From the NCBI GenBank assembly GCA_964019335.1, contig OZ025649.1, positions 496,001 through 560,000 on the forward strand: a stretch of 64,000 bases of DNA. The letters run 5' to 3'. The first letter of the stretch is position 1; each line of letters starts with the position of its first letter. Origin of the DNA: Diplonema japonicum (taxonomy: Eukaryota > Protista > Euglenozoa: Diplonemea). The position numbers and the translations under genes are program-made. Below the pieces are notes generated by a model. It searched no databases and was not told the origin of the DNA. It saw nothing but the letters and a program-made list of their open reading frames with translations. Shown piece after piece: positions 54,640 through 64,000 of the stretch.

Positions 54640-55242
54640 ATGCAATACCATATTTCTCTTAACGAGAGACCCCCTCCATGGAGAGATGTGTATGAGAAGG
54701 CTGCTGTTGCAGAGAGGAACCACAAGTTCATGGTAGTGTTACGAGACGTGGCTGAGTCACTGGGTCTGGTGTGTTCGTGTGGTGAAAGAGGTGCTGTTGT
54801 AACAAATGTGGACCCGGGAAGCCCCTCTGAAATAGCCGGGATCCGTCCGGGGATGACGCTTGTTACTGTCCATGGCGTGCCTGTTGTAGCAGACGCTGAT
54901 TTGTTGCATGCTAGGCATCTGGCTGCTGCCGAGCTTGCTACTGAGATCTTCGTCACTGCTACCACCCCCTCTGCCGCGCGTCTAGAGCCCCTCCCCGCAT
55001 CCCCTCTCTCCTCCTCGAAGGTCAGCTTCAGTGTAGCCAACGCTGTAGCTATCCGTACTGTTCCCACCTCCCCCCACACCCCAAAAGAGTTTTGTATGTT
55101 CCCATTTTCTTCTTTCACAAATTAAAAAAAAAAAAAAAAAAATGCAGCACCGCACCGGCCCCACTCTCCGGAGAGAAGGTACCTCAGCGAAACGCCCCTC
55201 CAGCCCCTCCGAGCAGGCCTGCCGCCGCGTTTGCACCGCTAG
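54640..55242 (+). CDS. Small PDZ-domain protein; probably join(54640..55093,55148..55242)
   Basis: ESLGL..GAVVTNVDPGSPSEIAGIRPGMTLVTVHGVPV; 54-nt GTATGT..ATGCAG candidate intron. Confidence 0.65.
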
Positions 55243-55358
55243 TATTTTAGTTTTTCTTTTTCTCGACACGCCTTTTTTTTTTTTTTACAGGGACCATCCT
55301 TTCTCTTTTTCCCCCCCGTCATAGGAAGGGCGGTGGACGCTTTTTCATTTCCAGCAAC

Positions 55359-58300
55359 ATGTTGCCCTTCGAAGGCATCAAGACAAGGCAAACAGTGACG
55401 TGCCATCCAGAGAGCTGTCGGATCCGGCCGCACAGCAAGGTGTGGGGGAAGAATGCTGGGGGTGGCGGTGCGATGGTGCTGAGGACCTACGGGAGTGGTT
55501 CAAAGGCAGGGGGCAGACCGGTGCTGCTTCCGGTGAAGAACGAAGGAGACAGCCCGAGGAGCCCGAAGATGCTATCGCCGTCGAGACAGGGCCGCCCAGT
55601 GGCGATCACAAGCGGCAACGTGTCCCCGCCTCCCGACCACATGAATGTAATAAAGTCCCCGCCGCTGCTTTCGCCTTTCAAAGTGATGTGCTCGTTCCCT
55701 GTGCTTGACGAGGGTGACGAGGAGACCACAAGGCCCGCCCGTGTAGGGTCTGTCTGTCTCACAAAGCTGTCGCCGTCCTCGCCTACGATAGATGAGGTAC
55801 GGACAAAGCTGAGGAAGCTCGACCTGACGTGTCCTATTCCGGATACGTCTCCTGGTCTGGTGTGCAGCACCCCAAGGTTCCACTGCCCCAAGAATGTCGA
55901 CTGCACGCAAGGCTACGGGCGGCAGGTTATAGAAGGCTTCGCTGTGAACCCCGATGAGGACTTCGAAGGTGTCGACCAGGCGCTCTTCTACCATGTGCAG
56001 ACGCAGAACGATGAACTCTTCATCGAAGTCCCCAGATGCGACTACTCGGGCACCTTGCGCTTCACGCCTTCATCCAGTAGGCAGGGCGTCGCAAAGTGCG
56101 CTATCATGGTCACTGACCATGCTGCAGTCGAAGACGCCGAGTTCAAATGCAGCCCGTGGGTCGGCTTCACCGTCACTGTACAGCCCAGCCCGATCAAGGT
56201 GCTCAAGGCACGTGATTGGAGAACGTTTTACAACAAAATGACTGCTCCTACGGCCGCCGTCCCTGTCCCAGAAGAACTACGAGGGATGCTGTCACCGAAG
56301 AGCCCGAGGCCAGAGCATTCGTTCCCTCCCGTTGACATCCATTTCTTGCGCATTCCTGCAGAGCAGAAAACAAATAGGGACAAGGCATTGCTTCTGTCCA
56401 AAGGCCTTGCGCCTATCAAGTTCCTCACGTTCCTCAATGAAATCGACACACTCAGAGACAGCATCAATGCCCCCAAAGAGGCGTCGGCAGGTCTGGACAA
56501 GGCAATCCCTATAGTATTCGACCTGTCTGGGGGGCAGGAACTGTGGGAAGCACTGCTCGAGGACCCTGTCCACCCGTTGGAAAACTCCGACGAGCACCTG
56601 CTGGCCCTGGGGCTGGCAAGCGGGAAGCTTGGAAAGGTGTACTTTGCTATGGGGGACTACCAAAAAACCGAGAAGTGTTTTGAGGTGTCGATCACAATGT
56701 ATGAGCGGTACATGGGACTGGAGGACGTGCAGCGAGGGGACGACGAGTGGCTCAAAGCATTACACAACGAAGGCACACACGCACAGAATTTGGTATCTGC
56801 GATTACGCAATTGTCTATATTCCTAAAGCACATGGGCGAGCTCACGCGGTGTGTCCAGTCCTGTGAGCTAGCGCTTCTGGCTGCCAGGAACTTGTCGATC
56901 CCCGACAGGGCTTCATACATGGCCGCGCTATTGCTGCAGCTGGCAGAGGTGCACCTGATTGTGGGTAACTCTGAGAGGAGCCTCTCGATGCTTCAGGAGG
57001 CCAAGACTGCCCTCGAAGAAGTGAAGGGAGACAAAGAGACCCTGAAGTCCCGTGATGAAAAGATGGCCGACTTGGAGTACCTGTATGGTGTGTACCATGG
57101 GGGCTCTGGGAGGTTTGCGCAGTCGCTACAGTCATTCCAGCGATGCATGACAATGAGGAGGAAGCTCGTTGGGGAAGGCCACCCTTCTGTCGCGGAGGTA
57201 CACCTTGCCAAGTCACGGATCCACGAAGCACACGGGAAGACTGAGCAGTGTGTCAAATCAGCGCAAGATGCACTAGACATCTCGGAGAAGAAAATAGTTT
57301 CATGGACAGGTGCCATGCTGCATGTGTATTGCCTGCAGGCTCTCGCTCATGCGTATATCACAAAGGGGAAGTACAGCCTGAGCCTTCCACTGCTGGAAAG
57401 AGCAGAGGAGCGCAGTCATGAGCTCCATAATTCGCACCCCATCTCTGGCGTCGGGCTAGTCATGCTTGGTGCTTTCCACTGTTCTCAGAAAAGGTTTCAA
57501 TCAGCTTTAGAGAACTTGCGGGAAGGACTCAGTATCTTGAGCGGGGCAAACGGTAAAGGCATCACAGTAAGCATCACGAAAGCGATGATGGGCGCTGTAT
57601 TGCTGCAGATGGGGGACGTGTCCGGTGCGAGGCGGGAGCTCGACGCAGCACAAAGCGAGCTGCTGGAGGTCCCAATGCAGTACTACGTGCAGAGCATTGT
57701 GAAAGAGCTAGCTGGGGACGCGCTTATAGAAACCGACAGAGCTGCTGCATTGGAACCGTACACAGAAGCATATAATATGCTGAAACAGGTCGGGCCGGTT
57801 GAGCGGGAGCTACGGCAGACAAGGCTGATGGGGCAGCTGTGCGGAGTCTACTGCGGAACGCTCTTGAAGCCCCCCGAACATCTAGTAGAAGAGTACAAAG
57901 ATGTTCTGAAACAGAAGCAGCAGCAGCATGGTGAGTGGGACTACCACACATGCCCACTGCTGCAGTGCGTTGCTGAGCTGTGCTACGCGGATTGTAGTTA
58001 CGACGAGGCGCTTGAGTCCCTGCAGAGAATGCTGAAAATCAGCGACAACCAAAACCTGCTCTTTTTGCTGGGGAACCTGTTCAAGCCCGCAGCTCAGCTC
58101 ACAGAACAGCAGATCAAAGAAAGGAACCGGCTTGCCTGCGAAAAGATTTCAAGTGCCGGTGCACCATCCTTCGCTGTGGTACTTTTGCAGCTTGCAGCAG
58201 TGCAAGAAGCTAAATCTCTCTGGAAGGAAGCCGAGGCATCTTACCTCCAAGCTCGAGCTACTTTCGAGATCGCTGGGAAGGCAACACACCCTGGCGTTTG

Positions 58301-58570
58301 CTCTGCGCTGAATGGTATTGGGAGGATCCTCTACAACAGCGGCCTCTATGGTGATGCACTGAGCTACTTCCAAAAGACATTGTCCATTGCGGGAGAAGCA
58401 AGGGATCTACACAAGGAGAACCACTTGCAAGCACAGCAGTGCATCCAAATCGTGAATAAAAAGCTGCAGAGCTTGAAGTATCTGCTTGAGAGATACGAGG
58501 TATGCTTTGCAACTGTATGCAACCCACACAGGTGCCCGGCAGTGACCTGACATTCCCTGTCTACATCTGA
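55359..58570 (+). CDS. TPR-repeat protein (kinesin-light-chain/NPHP3-like repeats) with an N-terminal cadherin/Ig-like segment; join(55359..58499,58532..58570)
   Basis: LGKVYFAMGDYQK, MRRKLVGEGHPSVA and ALNGIGRILYNSGLYGDALSYFQK. A 32-nt GTATGC..CACACAG intron lies near the stop. Confidence 0.8.
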
Positions 58571-58692
58571 CCTTAGTCAAGATACATTCAATTGTGTGCT
58601 ACTGCTTTCCAGCGTGGCACTTTGTTGTTATTTTTTTTTTCTTTTAGATTTGAAAATCGAAGAATGCTATTAGCAAACCACCGTGCAGGAGG

Positions 58693-59655
58693 ATGCCGGG
58701 GACATGGCGATGTGTGGTGGCGGCGCTGTGTTTGGCGGCACCAGCAAGGGCAGGGTGGGTGCCTTGGGAAAGGGCGTTGGAGAAGTACGGGCACCACGGG
58801 CAAAACATGAAGCAGTGTAATTTGGGGTGCACGCTGCCTGCTGTATGGACGCAGGAGACGGCACTGGTGGTCGTGACGGTGGAGCTCTCAGGGCTGGTAC
58901 TTGATTCAAAAGCACCGATAGTAGAATACGTGGTTACGAATGCGAGCAATCTGACACCTGCGCACCAGTGTGCCTGCAGGCCATTCAAAGTATGGCCCTA
59001 CATGTACGACCCGTGGGGACGGGAGGGGTCGCTGTTTCTAAAGTTCATCACCGACCATTACGCGAAGCTCCCAAAACACGTGATGTTCAGCCACGGACAA
59101 CAGCGCGCGTGGCACCAGTCGCTGGCGACTTCGAGCTTCATAACTCTTGCAAGTGAGCAGCTTACAGACGGCGAGTCCGACCTCATGATGAGCCCTGATA
59201 AGATAGCTTGCCATAATTTTCGGATGTATTGCAAGCCCAGCTCCACCTCCCGCCGCTTCTGGGCCGTCTACGACGCCCTCATCCCCGACTTCATCGAAGG
59301 CATGAAGCCTTACGCAGAGTACCCTATTTGCCCAGCCCTCTCCTTCAGGGGTAAGCCTTGTTGTGGGGAGTACCTTGTTTCCCGTGCAGTTATCAAAAGA
59401 AGGGAGCATGTTGCTTACAAGCTCCTCTACGCCAAAGGGATCGAGTACACCCAGACGAAGGACGCTGCCTCGGACTACCTAGCCAAGGTACGTTCCAACC
59501 TTGACAAGCGGTTCGCAGGCCATCTCATGGAATACATGTGGCCTTTTATATTTGCACGCTCTCCAGGACAGCTCGTCCTCGACGGTGCGTCACCTCTGCC
59601 GGAGGACCTCACCAGGTGCTCTCAGAAGTACGTACCTGACAGAAACCAGATTTAA
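58693..59655 (+). CDS. Secreted/Golgi DUF3431-like (glycosyltransferase-related) protein
   Basis: Signal peptide; GREGSLFLKFITDHYAKLPKHVMFSHG...WH, PCCGEYLVSR..I and GHLMEYMWPFIF. Confidence 0.7.
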   Translation: MPGTWRCVVAALCLAAPARAGWVPWERALEKYGHHGQNMKQCNLGCTLPAVWTQETALVVVTVELSGLVLDSKAPIVEYVVTNASNLTPAHQCACRPFKVWPYMYDPWGREGSLFLKFITDHYAKLPKHVMFSHGQQRAWHQSLATSSFITLASEQLTDGESDLMMSPDKIACHNFRMYCKPSSTSRRFWAVYDALIPDFIEGMKPYAEYPICPALSFRGKPCCGEYLVSRAVIKRREHVAYKLLYAKGIEYTQTKDAASDYLAKVRSNLDKRFAGHLMEYMWPFIFARSPGQLVLDGASPLPEDLTRCSQKYVPDRNQI

Positions 59656-59723
59656 AGGAGGGAAGGGAAGGGAGAATATTACGGATTAAAACATCCCTCC
59701 CTGTTTTTTTTTTTTTTTTTTAA

Positions 59724-59765
59724 GAGACAAGGGGGGCGTTCCAAAACAGGAACCTCCTTTATCTC
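59724..59765 (+). repeat. Intergenic hairpin element, copy 2
   Basis: GAGACAAGGGGGGCGTTCC-AAAACA-GGAACCTCCTTTATCTC; related to the copy at 18577. Confidence 0.7.
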
Positions 59766-59916
59766 ATCTCTTTTTTTTTTTTTTTTTTTTTGCTTACTCT
59801 TTGGTTCTGAGTTTTTTTTTTTTTCACTTCCTGTTTTTTTTTTTTTGTCCCTTTAGTGTGAGTTGGTTTTAACATTATTGTCCCCCCTGTTCACCCCCAA
59901 AGGGAGGACTGCTGAG

Positions 59917-60342
59917 ATGTTTGTGAGAGCAACAAGGGTAATGCTGTGCAAATTTAGCAGGCAGGGGCAAGGACGGGGGCCCTATCGAAATAAAGCACAA
60001 CCATCTTTTAAAGCGTGTGCGTTGTGCGGGAATAACAGGGAGAGCATTGTGATGGAGGAAATGGGAAGCGGGAGTGGGTTCTATCGCTGCAAAAGATCGC
60101 ACGCGAATGTAGATTGTGCGCCCGAGCGTGTGCCGCCGCACCTGCGGCAGGCTAAGAAACAGAAAGAGCAAATTGCCCAAGAGGCAAGGCAGGCACAGCG
60201 TACTCCTTCAGTTCTTGAAGGAATTCTCACCGCTGCTGCCAACGACCCTGAGGCCCGCCTGGGTTCCCGTGCAGTAGAGGAGCTTGGGAAGCGCCGCCTT
60301 CGCAAGCAAGACAAAGCTGTGAATTGGAGAGAACGGGCGTAG
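59917..60342 (+). CDS. Probable mitochondrial basic protein with a four-Cys (zinc-finger-like) motif
   Basis: MFVRATRVML presequence-like start; CALC...YRC...C. Confidence 0.6.
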   Translation: MFVRATRVMLCKFSRQGQGRGPYRNKAQPSFKACALCGNNRESIVMEEMGSGSGFYRCKRSHANVDCAPERVPPHLRQAKKQKEQIAQEARQAQRTPSVLEGILTAAANDPEARLGSRAVEELGKRRLRKQDKAVNWRERA

Positions 60343-60408
60343 ATCGTTTAAAAGAGTATTCACACACCAACAACTGTTCACTGCACACAGGCATAGAATC
60401 CCATTAAA

Positions 60409-61660
60409 ATGTCGGTTCTCAGAAGATGCGTGCGAAGGGCACACAGGATCGCCCTGCTCCCTGGTGACGGGATAGGCCCCGAGGTGATGGAGAACTGTCT
60501 GGAGGTGCTCGACGCAGCAGGCTTGAAGGCGGAGTACACCCACTGCGACATCGGCTGGGAGTTCTGGAAGAACGAAGGCGACGCGCTCCCAAAGCGCACG
60601 CTGGACATCCTCAACAAGAACAAGACAGACGTCGGGCTGTTCGCAGCCATCACCAGCAAGCCCGCATATGAAGCGGCGAAGGAACTATCGCCCGACCTGC
60701 AGGGCAAGGGCATCAAGTACATGTCGCCCATTGTGAGAATGAGGCAGGAACTAAACCTGCATACGAATTTTAGGCCGTGCAAGTCAGTACCTGGGAACCC
60801 AATGAACTACAGGGACAACATCGACTGGGCGGTATTCAGAGAGAACACGGAGGGGATGTACGGGGGGGTGGAGTTCCACCCGTTGCCAGAGAGCGTTTTT
60901 AACGCACTGGACGCAGCACACCCGAAGATGGGGAAGTTCAAGAAGGCGGGGCTCGAGAACATCGCGATGTCCACCCGTATCATGACCAGGCAGGGGTGCG
61001 AGAACATCGTGAGGCAGGCGTTCCAGTTCGCAAAGAAAAACGGGCGCAAGTCGGTGACAGTGGTGGACAAGCCTAATGTACTTCGAGAGACAGGCGGCCT
61101 GATGATGCAGACGGCACGCAGGGTGGCTGAGGAGTACCCCGACATCCCTATGATGGAGACTAACATAGACGCCCAGTGCATGTTCATGCTGAAGCAGCCT
61201 GAGGCTTATGATGTTATTGTCGCTGAGAACATGTTTGGCGACATTCTCTCAGACCTTGGAGCGCAGCTTACAGGCGGTCTGGGATTTGCCCCTTCTGGCA
61301 ACATCGGTGACAACTACTCCATCTTCGAACCTTCGCATGGGTCCGCGCCCAACTACACAGGGACTGGCAATGCAAACCCTATTGCTATGGTTTGGAAAAG
61401 GGGGGGGGGGGGGGGGGGGGGGAAATGGGGAGAAAAAAAAATTCCAGCTTCGCACCGCCGTAATGATGCTCGAGCACATCGGTGAGACTGAAATTTCAGC
61501 TGCCGTTCAGGCCGCCATCGAAAGAGTTGTGAAGAAGGGAGAGTATGATATTTTTTTTTGGGGGGAGAAACTTTTTTTAAAAAAAAGGTGCCGCATGCGG
61601 GACTTTGGTGGCACTGCTAACCGGACCGAGCTCACCAGGGAGCTCATTAAGAATTTGTAA
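60409..61660 (+). CDS. Isocitrate/isopropylmalate (beta-decarboxylating) dehydrogenase family, bacterial type, probably mitochondrial; join(60409..61389,61448..61542,61588..61660)
   Basis: [35 protein letters not shown] and FEPSHGSAP. Introns of 58 and 45 nt restore [18 protein letters not shown] and RDFGG. Confidence 0.9.
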
Positions 61661-62123
61661 GAAACAAAAACAAAACCAAAAAAAGGGTTGGCGTACGTTC
61701 CTCCCCACCGCCCCCTTTTTTTCTCCTTTTTTCTTTTTTTTCTTCTTTCCGCACAGCCCAGGTGCGTGCGTTGAGTAAGAAACAAAAAACAAAAAAAAAG
61801 AAGAAAGAAAGCGTTAGGTTCCCTTACCACGCCTCCCTAATGCCTTACGATATATTATATTTCAATCCCTTCCTGTTACAAAAAAAAAAGGGTTTAAGGA
61901 GCGGGTGGGAGAAGATCCTCTCAGCCTCCCCTAGTTTTTTTTTTAGAGACACAACATACCTCGCAAGCAGAGAACCCCCCTCCCCCGATCAACCGACAAA
62001 GCTTCGTTTTCTTTTTTTCTTCTTCTTCGAGGGTGAGGTCCTCAAGTGGGACCTTTTGCCCGTAATTTTTTTTTCTCGAAAGTTTATTTTTTTTTTTTTG
62101 CTGGAACAAGTAAACAAATTTTT

Positions 62124-62315
62124 GAAAAGAGTAGAGGCAGCTTGTCCGTTTATCCCTACTGTAGGTGAAAACGGCTTGCACAAACAAAAATATGGCTTGC
62201 GCAGACATCGACCCGTAGGAGTTGTCGGTTATGCTATACCCGGAGGGGGCCCCCACGGCGCCGGCGGACCCGGACTGTGCTGCCGGCTTGCACAAACAAT
62301 CAGCCGACTCTTTTT
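62124..62315 (+). repeat. Dispersed non-coding element, copy 2, carrying a 96-nt GC-rich insert between 16-bp direct repeats
   Basis: Matches the 47697 element on both sides; CGGCTTGCACAAACAA occurs at 62172-62187 and 62284-62299. Confidence 0.75.
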
Positions 62316-62583
62316 CTCTTTTCTTTCTTTCCGTCCTGCTAGTGAGCACACACCCTTTTGTATAACGATCGAAAATCGGTTTTTCGTTTTATTTATTTCG
62401 CCCCCCTCTTCCGTATAATTTAAAACCCTTTCTGTTCTCTTGCTTGCTGTTTTTTATTTTCTCCTTTTTTTCTGAGGTCTGTTATTTTTTCTCTCTCTCT
62501 TCCTTTCATCTTTTGTTCACAACAACAACACCACCACCCCTCCTTAAAGATACACCATCCCCCCCCCCCCCCCCCCCCCCCGA

Positions 62584-63798
62584 ATGTACTGGAAAGAACG
62601 GAAACAAACATGGTCAGACGAAGCCCCCTTAGAAGGCTGCTGCCACAGCGTGGTAAAGCACCAAGATGCACAGTGTGATGACTACTTATACGTGTTTGGC
62701 GGTGGTGTCGTTGGGGTCTACCGCAACATTCTTTACAAGTACAGCTTCAAGCTGGACACTTGGCACAGGGTACGCACTGAAGGCGAGATACCCGGCCTGA
62801 TGTCACACGCAGCAGTAGTGCACAACGGCGAAATGTACTGTTACGGGGGTCTGACAAGCGAGGGGTGTGTCAACGATGTGTGGAAGATCAGCTTGGAAGG
62901 ACACCACAACACATGGAAGCGTCTGAAGACGACGGGCACACCACCAAGCCCCACAAAAGCTCACAGCGCAGTTCTGATCAAAAACGAAATGTGGGTGTTC
63001 TACGGTGCAATGGACAACGCGGAAAACTCCGACACCGTGTCCACCTTGAACCTTGAAACCCTGTCGTGGACAAGAACGCAGTTTCCGGTGGGGGCCACAC
63101 CAGCACCTCGTAACGGGCACACTACTATTGCATCTACTGACCGATACGTTTACCTGTACGGTGGGTTATCTGTGAAGTGCGGGTCATGGGTACAAGCATC
63201 GCGCATTGAGGTGTGGTTGTCAGATATTTGGAGGCTGGACACTGTTACCCTCAAATGGGCTTTGTTATGCCCCGACGCACCTCAGCATGGCCCTAAAGGC
63301 CGTTACAGTCATTTTTCTTGGCTTTGCAATAACGATTTTTTCGTGTTCGGCGGGGATACCGCAAACTGTACAACATACTTCTCGGACCTATGGGTGTTCT
63401 CGCTGTCAAGCCTGCGGTGGGAGCAGCGGCATTTTCCCGGCGATCACCCTCCACCACTGTCCGGGATTTCAGGTGTGCCTCATGAAGGCGCTGCTGTTTT
63501 TTACGGTGGGGAGAAACCCGATTCTTCATATTCCGCGTCGCTTTACACCATTCATACTGCTTCGCTCCCAACGCCGCTTTCTCTCATCATGCAGAGGGTT
63601 TTGATACAAAGCTGTTTGCACCTCACAAACAACGAGTTTCGGGTGATGTGCAAGGCGCATGGTGTGCCCGTTCAATTGGTGGAAGCAATGCTGCAGTGCA
63701 AACCACGTCATCGGTGTAAGAGGGTGGACCACGATGTTGATGCAGAAGGTGACATTTCGCAGGATTCACGGACAAAATGTAGGCGTTTGATTTCGTAG
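62584..63798 (+). CDS. Kelch-repeat beta-propeller protein
   Basis: Repeated H....LYVFGG / YGG...D.W...W units. Confidence 0.88.
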   Translation: MYWKERKQTWSDEAPLEGCCHSVVKHQDAQCDDYLYVFGGGVVGVYRNILYKYSFKLDTWHRVRTEGEIPGLMSHAAVVHNGEMYCYGGLTSEGCVNDVWKISLEGHHNTWKRLKTTGTPPSPTKAHSAVLIKNEMWVFYGAMDNAENSDTVSTLNLETLSWTRTQFPVGATPAPRNGHTTIASTDRYVYLYGGLSVKCGSWVQASRIEVWLSDIWRLDTVTLKWALLCPDAPQHGPKGRYSHFSWLCNNDFFVFGGDTANCTTYFSDLWVFSLSSLRWEQRHFPGDHPPPLSGISGVPHEGAAVFYGGEKPDSSYSASLYTIHTASLPTPLSLIMQRVLIQSCLHLTNNEFRVMCKAHGVPVQLVEAMLQCKPRHRCKRVDHDVDAEGDISQDSRTKCRRLIS

Positions 63799-64000
63799 GG
63801 AGAAGAAGCTACAGCTCGGACGAGGTGGCTCCTACGCGGGCTTGCGGGGTTTTTTTTTTCGTTCTTCCGTTAGATTATTTTTTTTTTTTTTGTTTTGTTT
63901 CTCATTTCCGGTTTGTTCTGTTGATTTTTTTTTTTCTTCCCAAAAATCTTCAGAAAAGAAAAAAAAAAAGGGGGAAAAAAAAAGATGGAAGCGAAGCCAA

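Noticed and set aside
1-64000. tRNA, rRNA, SL RNA, CRISPR arrays and autonomous transposons
   Set aside because: None recognised by eye; covariance searches were not run.

Overview
This is eukaryotic nuclear DNA, most likely from a euglenozoan and probably a diplonemid. The evidence is a kinetoplastid-type Cys-less eL34, a PDEB-like phosphodiesterase, a trypanosome-type cyclase domain, and every credible gene lying head-to-tail on the + strand. About 33 protein genes are separated by spacers made largely of A/T/C/G homopolymers. Many ORF-track breaks are explained by about 25 tiny (32-73 nt) GT-AG introns. These have a GT(A/T/G)TG donor, often lack a polypyrimidine tract, and in long genes sit mostly near the 3' end. 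The main candidate for a new system is an ammonium-transporter (Amt) domain fused to tandem class III nucleotide-cyclase domains, a putative ammonium-sensing transceptor. Other highlights are a spliced QCR9-like microprotein missed by the ORF track, a myristoylated protein with three Sld2/RECQL4-N-like modules, a CaaX-tailed MAPK, pseudo-enzyme-like GH79 and 14-3-3 genes, bacterial-type lipoxygenase, Rnl5 ligase and beta-decarboxylating dehydrogenase genes, and two families of dispersed non-coding elements. All family calls come from motif recognition by eye; no database search was run.
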